From assembly GCA_027351005.1 (NCBI GenBank), contig DAIEJF010000219.1, positions 1-54,158 on the forward strand: a stretch of 54,158 bases of DNA, read 5' to 3'. A program made the position numbers and the translations under genes. This DNA comes from Paracoccaceae bacterium (GTDB lineage: Bacteria; Pseudomonadota; Alphaproteobacteria; Rhodobacterales; Rhodobacteraceae). This document shows, one piece after another, positions 23,366-33,071 of this stretch; position 1 is the stretch's first letter; every line of letters starts with the position of its first letter. The notes below the pieces were generated by a model, which was given only the letters and a program-made list of their open reading frames with translations, was not told where the DNA came from and searched no databases.

Positions 23366-26299
23366 TCAGCCCAGCGCCTCGTTGCAACGGGCGCAGGTGC
23401 CCGCGTGGGCATGGGTGCCGACATCCGGCAGGATCTTCCAGCACCGCTGGCACTTCTCGCCCTCGGCCACCTCGAAGATCACGCCGACGCCCGGCACCTC
23501 GGGCAGGCGGAACGCCTCGTCCGGGATCGGATCGGTGGTCAACTGTATGCCCGAGGTGATGCACAGCTCGGCAAAGTCGGTGCCGTGCAGCAGCCGTGCC
23601 ACCGCGGGATCGGCGATGTGGACCACCGGCGCGGCCTCGAGGCTGGCGCCGATCACCTTGGCGCTGCGTTGCACCTCAAGCGCCGCGGTGACCACGCGGC
23701 GCACCTGCCGCAGGCTGTCCCATTTGGCGGCCAGCCCCGCATCCTGCCAGTCGGCCGGGGTGGCGGGCATGTCCTGCAGATGGACCGAGCCGTCGTCGCC
23801 GGGGAAGCGCGACAGCCACACATCCTCCATCGTGAAGACGAGGATGGGGGCAAGCCAGGTGACAAGGCGGTGGAACAGCAGGTCCAGCACCGTGCGGCAG
23901 GCGCGGCGGCGCAGGCTGCCCGGCGCGTCGCAGTAGAGCACGTCCTTGCGGACGTCGAAATACAGCGACGACAGATCGACCGTGCAGAACTGGAACAGCC
24001 GCTGGAACACGCCCTGGAAATCATAGGCGGCATAGCCCTTGCGCACCTCGGCATCCAGTTCCGCCAGCCGGTGCAGCACCCAGCGTTCCAGCTCTGGCAT
24101 CTGCGCCGCATCCACCCGCTCGGCATCCTCGAAGCCCTTCAGGTTGCCCAGCACGAAGCGCAGCGTGTTGCGCAGGCGGCGATAGCTGTCGGCGGTGCCT
24201 TTCAGGATCTCCGGCCCGATGCGCTGGTCCACGGTGAAATCGGCCTGCGCCACCCAGAGCCGCAGGATGTCGGCGCCGTACTGGTCGATCACCTCTTGCG
24301 GCACCACGGTGTTGCCGAGCGACTTGGACATCTTCATGCCCTTCTCGTCCAGCGTGAAGCCATGCGTCAGCACGCCGCGATAGGGCGCGCGGCCCTTGGT
24401 GCCGCAGGCCTGCAGCATGCTGGAATGGAACCAGCCGCGGTGCTGGTCGGTGCCTTCAAGGTAAAGATCGGCGATCCCGTCCGCCGTGCCATCGGCGCGG
24501 TCGCGCAGCACGAAGGCATGGGTGGACCCACTGTCGAACCACACGTCAAGGATGTCGAACACCTGCGTGTAGGCGGCCGGATCGTGCAGGCCCGCCAGCA
24601 TCTCTTCCTTGAAGCCCGGCACATACCAGGCGTCGGCGCCCTTTTTCTCGAACGCGGCCACGATCCGGGCGTTCACCGCCGGATCGCGCAGCAGGAAGTC
24701 GGGGTCGGTCGGCTGCGCACCGACCTTGACGAAGCAGGTCAGCGGCACGCCCCAGGCGCGCTGGCGGCTGAGCACCCAGTCAGGCCGGGTTTCCATCATC
24801 GAATGCAGACGGTTGCGGCCCGACACCGGGGTGAATTGCACAAGCTGCTCGATCGAGGCCAGCGCGCGGGCGCGGATCGTGTCGCGCCCGGTCGGGCCGT
24901 TCAACCCGTCCTTCAGCGCGCGGTCGATGGCCACGAACCATTGCGGCGTGTTGCGATAGATCAGCGGCGCCTTCGAGCGCCAGGAATGCGGATAGCTGTG
25001 CTTGATCTTGCCCTTGGCAAACAGCGCCCCGGCATAGGCCAGTTGCTTGATCACCTCGACATTGGCCGGACCGTCCTTGCCATCGGGGTTGATGATCGAC
25101 AGGCCGCCGAAGATCGGCAGATCCTTGCGGTACGACCCGTCGGGTTCGACGTTGTAGGTCATCCGCAGGTCCGGGAAGGTGTCGCGGAACTGGAGGTACA
25201 CCTGATAGTCGTCATCGCCGTGGCTGGGCGCGGTGTGAACGAAGCCGGTGCCCGCGTCGTCGGTCACGTGGTCTCCGGGCAGCATGGGCACGGGGAAATC
25301 CCACTCGCCGTGCGCAGCTTCGATGCCGCGGAAGGGGTGGGCAAGCGTCAGGGCGGACAGCTCATTGGCGGTCACGTCGCGCAGGCGGGTGAACGCCTCG
25401 ACCCGGCCCGCCTTGAAGACGGATTCGGCCAGCGCATCGGCGATCACGATCCGCTCGCCCGTCTTGGCGGTGCTGTTCTCGCCCAGCGCGCCGACCTCGT
25501 AGAGGCCGTAGGCGATCTCGGGGTTGAAACAGACGGCGCGGTTCTGCGGGATGGTCCAGGGTGTCGTCGTCCAGATGAGGATGGCGGCGCCGTCGAGGCG
25601 CTCCTTCGTCCCGTTCACCACCCCGAACCGCACCCAGATCGTGTGGCTGGTGTGGTCGTGGTATTCCACCTCGGCCTCGGCCAGCGCGGTCTTTTCGACC
25701 GGCGACCACATGACGGGTTTCGAGCCCTGATAAAGCGTGCCGTTCATCAGGAACTTCATGAACTCGTCGGCGATCACCGCCTCGGAGTGGTAGTCCATCG
25801 TGCGATAGGGGTCGGCCCAGTTGCCGGTGACGCCCAGCCGTTTGAACTCGGCGCGCTGCACGTCGATCCAGCCTTCGGCGAACTTGCGGCATTCCTGCCG
25901 GAAGGCCACCACGTCCACGTCATCCTTGTTCAGGCCCTTAGCGCGGTACTGTTCCTCGATCTTCCATTCGATCGGCAGGCCGTGGCAATCCCAGCCGGGC
26001 ACATAGCGGGCATCGCGGCCCATCATCTGCTGGCTGCGCACCACCATGTCCTTCAGCACCTTGTTCAGCGCGTGGCCGATGTGCAGGTGGCCGTTGGCAT
26101 AGGGCGGGCCGTCATGCAGGGTGAAAGGCGCACGCGCGCCCTTCTGCGCCGCCGCCTTGTCGCGCAGGCGGTCATAGACGCCGATGCGTTCCCAGCGGGC
26201 CAGCCAGTCGGGTTCGCGCTGCGGCAGGGCGGCGCGCATCGGAAAATCGGTTTCGGGCAGGAAGACGGTGTCACGGTAGTCGGGCAGGTCGGCGCACAT
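23366..26299 (-). CDS. ileS: Isoleucine--tRNA ligase (type 1)
   Basis: DGPPYANGHLHIGH, WTTTPWT, EGTDQHRGWF, KMSKS, C-terminal CQRCW...CARC zinc site. Confidence 0.98.
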   Translation of the reverse strand: MCADLPDYRDTVFLPETDFPMRAALPQREPDWLARWERIGVYDRLRDKAAAQKGARAPFTLHDGPPYANGHLHIGHALNKVLKDMVVRSQQMMGRDARYVPGWDCHGLPIEWKIEEQYRAKGLNKDDVDVVAFRQECRKFAEGWIDVQRAEFKRLGVTGNWADPYRTMDYHSEAVIADEFMKFLMNGTLYQGSKPVMWSPVEKTALAEAEVEYHDHTSHTIWVRFGVVNGTKERLDGAAILIWTTTPWTIPQNRAVCFNPEIAYGLYEVGALGENSTAKTGERIVIADALAESVFKAGRVEAFTRLRDVTANELSALTLAHPFRGIEAAHGEWDFPVPMLPGDHVTDDAGTGFVHTAPSHGDDDYQVYLQFRDTFPDLRMTYNVEPDGSYRKDLPIFGGLSIINPDGKDGPANVEVIKQLAYAGALFAKGKIKHSYPHSWRSKAPLIYRNTPQWFVAIDRALKDGLNGPTGRDTIRARALASIEQLVQFTPVSGRNRLHSMMETRPDWVLSRQRAWGVPLTCFVKVGAQPTDPDFLLRDPAVNARIVAAFEKKGADAWYVPGFKEEMLAGLHDPAAYTQVFDILDVWFDSGSTHAFVLRDRADGTADGIADLYLEGTDQHRGWFHSSMLQACGTKGRAPYRGVLTHGFTLDEKGMKMSKSLGNTVVPQEVIDQYGADILRLWVAQADFTVDQRIGPEILKGTADSYRRLRNTLRFVLGNLKGFEDAERVDAAQMPELERWVLHRLAELDAEVRKGYAAYDFQGVFQRLFQFCTVDLSSLYFDVRKDVLYCDAPGSLRRRACRTVLDLLFHRLVTWLAPILVFTMEDVWLSRFPGDDGSVHLQDMPATPADWQDAGLAAKWDSLRQVRRVVTAALEVQRSAKVIGASLEAAPVVHIADPAVARLLHGTDFAELCITSGIQLTTDPIPDEAFRLPEVPGVGVIFEVAEGEKCQRCWKILPDVGTHAHAGTCARCNEALG

Positions 26300-26375
26300 G
26301 CGGGCGGTCCTCAACGGAATGGGTGGGGCGAAGGCGCAGCCTTCGCGCAGGGGGCTGGTCCCGGCGGCTGAACCG

Positions 26376-26426
26376 TCAGCACGCCGGGCCGCTAATTCGC
26401 CGCATCTGCGCGAAATCCCGGTCCAT
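26376..26426 (-). other. Putative ileS leader peptide MDRDFAQMRRISGPAC
   Basis: ATG 7 nt after a TATAAG -10 element; 3' end overlaps a GC-rich hairpin; 76 nt upstream of ileS. Confidence 0.5.
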
Positions 26427-26532
26427 GCGCGGGCTTATACGCAAGGGCCGCGGGCGGGTCCAGAGCCTGCGGCGCCGCGCCCCGTTGCAGCAGCGGCCCG
26501 GGCGGCAGAGGGTGGCGGGAAAGGAGCCGCCG

Positions 26533-26964
26533 ATGACCGCGACGATGACCGCCATGCCCCCGCGTTTCACCATCACGCCTGCGCAGATCGATCGGGTGAT
26601 GGTGTCGTTCTATTACCGCATCCGTCATCACCGGGTGCTGGGGCCGGTCTTTACCGCCCATCTGGGCGAAGACGATGCCGTCTGGCGCGCGCATGAGGAA
26701 AAGATCGGGCGGTTCTGGAAGAACGCGATCCTGCGCGAGGGGGGCTATCAGGGCCGACCGATGATGGTGCACCGCGCCGCACCGGACATTCATCCCGACC
26801 ATTTCCCGCAGTGGCTGGCGCTGTTCGACGACACCGCCGCCGCGATCCTGCCGCCCGAGACCGCGGCCGCCTGGTCGGCACTGGCGCACCGGCTGGGCGA
26901 CGCGTTCCGCATGGGGGTCGAGGACGCCCGCCGCCCGGCGGGCGCCGTCCCCCGTCTGTCCTGA
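26533..26964 (+). CDS. Group III truncated hemoglobin
   Basis: AAGGAG RBS; FYYRIR..VLGPVF, WRAHEEKIGRFW, YQGRPMMVH, HFPQWLALF. Confidence 0.85.
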   Translation: MTATMTAMPPRFTITPAQIDRVMVSFYYRIRHHRVLGPVFTAHLGEDDAVWRAHEEKIGRFWKNAILREGGYQGRPMMVHRAAPDIHPDHFPQWLALFDDTAAAILPPETAAAWSALAHRLGDAFRMGVEDARRPAGAVPRLS

Positions 26965-27002
26965 GGCCCGTCTGCTCTGAGGCCCGTCTGCTCTGAGGCC
27001 CG
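26951..27002 (+). repeat. 16-bp tandem repeat, about 3.25 copies (CCCGTCTGCTCTGAGG)
   Basis: cccgtctgtcctgagg cccgtctgctctgagg cccgtctgctctgagg cccg. Confidence 0.9.
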
Positions 27003-27003
27003 C

Positions 27004-28660
<1,657 letters not shown>

Positions 28661-29407
28661 TCAGGCGGCGGCAATGCCCCCCTTCAACCGCAGGTCGCCG
28701 CGGCGCGGGGTGTCAAGTTCGGGCAGCAGCGCCTCGTTCGGAAAGAGGGCCAGAAACAGCGCCAGAAGGTCGCTCGGCAGGGCCGCGGCTTCGCGCACAT
28801 CGGGCGCGTAGCTGCGCAGGGCCACACCGTTGACCAGAAGCGTGCGCCCGCCCGACAGGCAGAGGTGAAAGGCCGCGACGGGCGCCACGGGCGTCAGTTC
28901 CAGTACCGAGTCGCCGTCGACCAGGTCGGTCGCGGCAACGAAGGCGCCGATGCGCGACGACCAGATCATCGCGCCGGGCCCCAGCAGCAGATCCTGCATC
29001 GGGCGCTGGAATCCCAGCGCGTCGGCCGTCATCCTCAGCAGCCGGTCAGGCCGGCCCGACACGTCGCGGCGCTGGGGGTAAAGCGTCAGGCTGCCCTTCC
29101 ACAGCAAGACCTCGGGCCCGGATTCGGCGGTATCGACGCGGTCGCCGGGCAACAGGTCCTCGACCGCCACGGGGCCCTGCGGTGTCGCCACCAGGGCGCC
29201 GCGGGCCAGCGCGGAAAACGCCTCCTCAAAGAAAGGCGTGGCGGGGGCGATCCGGTTCACCTCGGCCACCTGCCCCGATTCGTCGAGATAGACCGCCTCG
29301 TAGCGGCGCATCAGGGGGCGGGGGCGCGGCCGCGCGTCATCGGACATGGCAGAGGGGCGGAGCAGCATGGCTCCGGTCAGGCGGTCGGCAGCGGGCGCCT
29401 CTGGCAT
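28661..29407 (-). CDS. Degenerate Hint-domain protein (start uncertain)
   Basis: SALARGALVATPQGPVAVEDLLPGDRV, DLLLGPGA, LLVNGVALRSY; catalytic Cys and His absent. Confidence 0.75.
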   Translation of the reverse strand: MPEAPAADRLTGAMLLRPSAMSDDARPRPRPLMRRYEAVYLDESGQVAEVNRIAPATPFFEEAFSALARGALVATPQGPVAVEDLLPGDRVDTAESGPEVLLWKGSLTLYPQRRDVSGRPDRLLRMTADALGFQRPMQDLLLGPGAMIWSSRIGAFVAATDLVDGDSVLELTPVAPVAAFHLCLSGGRTLLVNGVALRSYAPDVREAAALPSDLLALFLALFPNEALLPELDTPRRGDLRLKGGIAAA

Positions 29408-29556
29408 GGAACGGCCTTTCAGGTCTGGTCACATCTGCTTCGGCCCCCACCGAAGGTTCAGACAGACGGGGAATGCGGTGTCCCTGCCCGGCGTCGTCCG
29501 CCATGCGGCGGCGCCCGCAGGATCGCGTCGCCGGGAAACGCCCCGGCGCACAGCGC

Positions 29557-29706
29557 TCAGCGCGCGGCGGCGGCCACCTTCTGCGGCGCGGTCGCAAGCT
29601 TCAGCGCAGCAGGCATCCGGCGCATGTCGCGCGCGAACGGCAGCGCGGGCAGCGGACCCGCGCTTGCGGCGATCACGGATTTCAACCAGCGGCGATCCTT
29701 CTTCAT
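29557..29706 (-). CDS. Small basic hypothetical protein (49 aa)
   Basis: GGAG RBS then MKKDRRWLKSVIAASAGPLPALPFARDMRR...; co-oriented upstream of the degenerate Hint gene. Confidence 0.6.
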   Translation of the reverse strand: MKKDRRWLKSVIAASAGPLPALPFARDMRRMPAALKLATAPQKVAAAAR

Positions 29707-29836
29707 CGGGAAACTCCGGTGCTGCGGGCGGGTCGGCATGACCCGCGACCCGATCACAGTCACCGCCCATTCAGGCGGACCAAGGGCGGCGTCTGGACTT
29801 TTCGAGGGGATGTGGCGGCGGAATTGTGGCGCGCGG

Positions 29837-30592
29837 CTAAAGCCGGATGATCGAGATCAGCCGACCGTAGTCGGCCTCTTTCCGGTGGGTGGTGCGGCGG
29901 TAGGAATAGAACCGGTCCGGGTCGCGGTAGGTGCACTGGCCGATCCACTCGGCATGGCCAACCCCCGCGCTGCGCAGCCGGTGCAGCCCGAAGGCCGGAA
30001 GATCGAACAACGGTCGCCCCGCGGGGCCGCCGGTGAAGAAGCGGCCATAGGCCGGGTCTTCGGCCAGAACGCTGTCCATGAACTCGGGGCCCACCTCGTA
30101 GGCGGCCTGGCTGATGGTGGGGCCGATCACGGCCACCACATCCGCGCGCCGCGCGCCCAGCGCCTCCATCGCGTCAAGCGTCGCCTCGAGCACGCCCGCC
30201 AGCGTGCCGCGCCAGCCCGCGTGGGCTGCACCGATCACCCCGGCGCGGACATCGGCGAACAACACCGGCTGGCAATCGGCGGTCAGGATGCCCAGCCCCA
30301 GCCCCGGCGTCGCCGTCACCATCGCATCGGCCGCGGGCCGTCCCTCGGGCGGGGCGGTCAGGGTCAGGACATCGGCCGAATGCACCTGGTTCAGCGTCAC
30401 CAGACGCCCGGCGCCAAGCCCCAGCGCGGCCGCCGCGCGTTCGCGGTTGATCGCCACCACGTCGGACTGGTCCGACGAGCCAAAGCCGCAGTTCAGCCCC
30501 TGGAAGATCCCTGACGAGGCGCCCCCCTTGCGGGTGAAGAACCCGTGGCGCAGCGGCGAGAGGCGGTCGGCGTGAAGGATTTCCAGGGTCAT
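29837..30592 (-). CDS. pgeF: Peptidoglycan editing factor PgeF (YfiH)
   Basis: HGFFTRKGG, QVHS, LTADCQPV, AAHAGWRG, FYSYRR. Confidence 0.93.
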   Translation of the reverse strand: MTLEILHADRLSPLRHGFFTRKGGASSGIFQGLNCGFGSSDQSDVVAINRERAAAALGLGAGRLVTLNQVHSADVLTLTAPPEGRPAADAMVTATPGLGLGILTADCQPVLFADVRAGVIGAAHAGWRGTLAGVLEATLDAMEALGARRADVVAVIGPTISQAAYEVGPEFMDSVLAEDPAYGRFFTGGPAGRPLFDLPAFGLHRLRSAGVGHAEWIGQCTYRDPDRFYSYRRTTHRKEADYGRLISIIRL

Positions 30593-31653
30593 CAGGCAAA
30601 TCCCGGCGGCAACGGGGTGTGGATCGGATGCAGGGCAAGACACTTGAACAGCGTTCCCATTTCATCGGGGTGGGTCAAGCGCCGATGTGCGGCAACATGC
30701 GCGTCGAGCGCGGCGCCGGTCAGGCCGCGGGCCAGCGCCTGCGCGCGCGCCGTGATGCCCAGCCGTTCCAGCCACAGGCCCTGCGGGGTCAGCGGGCTGA
30801 CCGCCACGCCGGGCGCGGCGCGGGCCAGCGCCTCGAAATCGACATGGGCGGTCAGGTCGGCCAGCCCCGGCGCGGCCAGCGGATCGGCCCGCCCGTGGCG
30901 CGAGAGCGCCTGCAACGTGTCGCCCAGCGAATGCCAGCCGCCGTAATCCACGATCACCGCCGCCCCGCCATGGCGGGCGATACGGCCAGCGATGGCCGCC
31001 ATCGCGGGTGCGGCGGCGGGGCAGATCTCGACGATGTCGCCGGGCCGTGTGTCGGCCAGCCGGTGCGCCAGGGCCGCCTGCGCGGCGGGCGGGGCCAGGC
31101 CGAAGGCCAGCGCGCCGTCCACCAGCCCCACCACCCGCTCGCGCCAGCCGGCCGGATCGCGGACGAACTGGCGGATCGGCAGCGCATCGAAGAACTCGTT
31201 CGCGATCAGGAACAGTGGCGCTTCGGGCAGGTCGTCGAGGCTGTCGGCCCAACGGACCTCATGGCGCGCCAGCGTCTCGCGCTGGCGGGCGCGCAGGGTG
31301 GCCGAAGCCTCGATCAGGTGCACGCGCACCGCGTCGTGAAAGCCGGGCACCCCGCGGGTGGCGCGCAGGATGTCGGCCATCAGCGTGCCCCGGCCGGGCC
31401 CGGGTTCGGCCAGCGTCACCGCGGGCGGGCGGCCCTGGTCCAGCCACGCGCCGGCCAGGCACAGCCCCGCCAGTTCGCCGAACATCTGGCTGATTTCCGG
31501 CGCCGTGGTGAAATCGCCCTGCACGCCGAAGGGGTCACGGGTCGAATAATAGCCGTGGTCGGGGTGCAGCAGGCATTCGGCCATGTAATCGGCCACCGTC
31601 AGCGGCCCCGTCGCCGCGATCCGCCGCGTCAGGCTTTCGACCAGCGCCGTCAC
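30592..31653 (-). CDS. MidA/NDUFAF7-like SAM-dependent methyltransferase
   Basis: GYYSTRDPFG..GDFTTAPEISQMFGE, GPGRGTL, ANEFFDALP, DLTAHVDF. Confidence 0.9.
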   Translation of the reverse strand: MTALVESLTRRIAATGPLTVADYMAECLLHPDHGYYSTRDPFGVQGDFTTAPEISQMFGELAGLCLAGAWLDQGRPPAVTLAEPGPGRGTLMADILRATRGVPGFHDAVRVHLIEASATLRARQRETLARHEVRWADSLDDLPEAPLFLIANEFFDALPIRQFVRDPAGWRERVVGLVDGALAFGLAPPAAQAALAHRLADTRPGDIVEICPAAAPAMAAIAGRIARHGGAAVIVDYGGWHSLGDTLQALSRHGRADPLAAPGLADLTAHVDFEALARAAPGVAVSPLTPQGLWLERLGITARAQALARGLTGAALDAHVAAHRRLTHPDEMGTLFKCLALHPIHTPLPPGFA

Positions 31654-32546
31654 GCGCGCGCTTTCCGCATGGTCCACCAGACGACCGCCAGCCCGAAGGC
31701 GATCATCGGCAGCGACAGCACCTGCCCCATGCTGAACCCGCCAAGCTGGCCGAACTGGATCACGTTGCCGAAGGGATCAGAGGGGGTGATGAACTGCGCA
31801 TCGGCCTGGCGGAAGAATTCAACAATGAATCGCGCCGTGCCGTAGCCTGCGACGAACAGCCCGCCCAGCCGCCCCGGATGCCGCAGCCAGCCCCGCCGCA
31901 GCGCCAGATAGACCAGCAGCAGACCCAGGATCACGCCTTCCATCAGCGCCTCGTAGATCTGCGAAGGGTGGCGCGTGCAGATCGTCAGCCAGTCGGGCCC
32001 GCAATCCTGCGCAGCCGCCCCCGGAAATGCCACCGCCCAGGGCAGATGGCTTGGCCGCCCCCACAGCTCGCCGTTGATGAAGTTGGCAAACCGGCCGAAC
32101 ATCAGGCCCTGGGGCGTGGCCACCGCCAGCGCATCAAAGACCGACAGCGCCGGGATCTTCTGGCTGCGGCAGTAGAGCAGCACCGCCACAACCACGCCCA
32201 GGAACCCGCCGTGGAACGCCATGCCGCCTTGCCAGAGCTTGAAGATCGACAGCGGGTCCTTGAGGTAATAGGGCAGGTCGTAGAACAGCACATAGCCCGT
32301 GCGCCCCCCCAGCACGACGCCCAGGATCACCCAGGTCAACAGGTCTTCCACCTGCGGCGGGGTCATCGGGGCCTGCCCCTCGCGCCAGAGCCGCGGCCGC
32401 TTCATCAGCGCCACGACGATGCGCCAGCCCAGCAGCAGCCCGGTGATATAGGCCAGCGCATACCAGCGCAGCGCGAAGGTGTAGCCCGCGACGCTGACCG
32501 AGAAGACCTCGGGGGAAATGTCGGGAAAGGGGATGTAGCCGTGCAT
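31650..32546 (-). CDS. lgt: Prolipoprotein diacylglyceryl transferase
   Basis: RWYALAY, GGMAFHGG, GRFANFINGELWGR, HPSQIYE. Confidence 0.96.
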   Translation of the reverse strand: MHGYIPFPDISPEVFSVSVAGYTFALRWYALAYITGLLLGWRIVVALMKRPRLWREGQAPMTPPQVEDLLTWVILGVVLGGRTGYVLFYDLPYYLKDPLSIFKLWQGGMAFHGGFLGVVVAVLLYCRSQKIPALSVFDALAVATPQGLMFGRFANFINGELWGRPSHLPWAVAFPGAAAQDCGPDWLTICTRHPSQIYEALMEGVILGLLLVYLALRRGWLRHPGRLGGLFVAGYGTARFIVEFFRQADAQFITPSDPFGNVIQFGQLGGFSMGQVLSLPMIAFGLAVVWWTMRKARA

Positions 32547-32654
32547 GATGTCTCCTCGGGCGATACCTGCCGGGAGCGGTGCGGCGAAGTCAACCTTGTG
32601 CCTCGCAGCGACCGCACCATATAAGCCAAACGTGACACGACCGGAGACAGGCCC

Positions 32655-32903
32655 ATGCAGACCCGCGGCAAGATGTTCGACGACCTGTCGAAGCTGATGA
32701 CCAACGCGATGGGGGTGGCGCAGGGCGCCCGCACCGAGGCCGAGACGGCGATGAAAAGCTGGGTGGACCGCTGGCTTGCCGATCGCGACTTCGTGACGCG
32801 CGAGGAATTCGATGCGGTGCGCGCGATGGCGCAGAAGGCCCGCGAGGAAAACGAGGCGCTGAAGGCCCGCATCGCCGCGCTCGAGGCCGCCGCGAAGGGC
32901 TGA
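32655..32903 (+). CDS. ubiK: Ubiquinone biosynthesis accessory factor UbiK (BMFP family)
   Basis: DFVTREEFDAVRAMAQKAREENEALKARIAALE; divergent from lgt. Confidence 0.85.
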   Translation: MQTRGKMFDDLSKLMTNAMGVAQGARTEAETAMKSWVDRWLADRDFVTREEFDAVRAMAQKAREENEALKARIAALEAAAKG

Positions 32904-33071
32904 CCCACCGGGGGCAGACGGGACAGGGCGCCGACGGCCCGGCCCGGGCGACGGCGCAGACCCATTGTTACCGCCGAGCGCAGGTTTGTGCCTTGCCTCG
33001 GCCGTCATGTATTCTTATTGCTGAATGCATATCCTGCCCCGCGTCTTTCCCCTCCCGCCCGGATCCCCGCC

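Noticed and set aside
26951-27002. Tandem repeat as a CRISPR array
   Set aside because: 16-bp head-to-tail units, no spacers, no cas genes.
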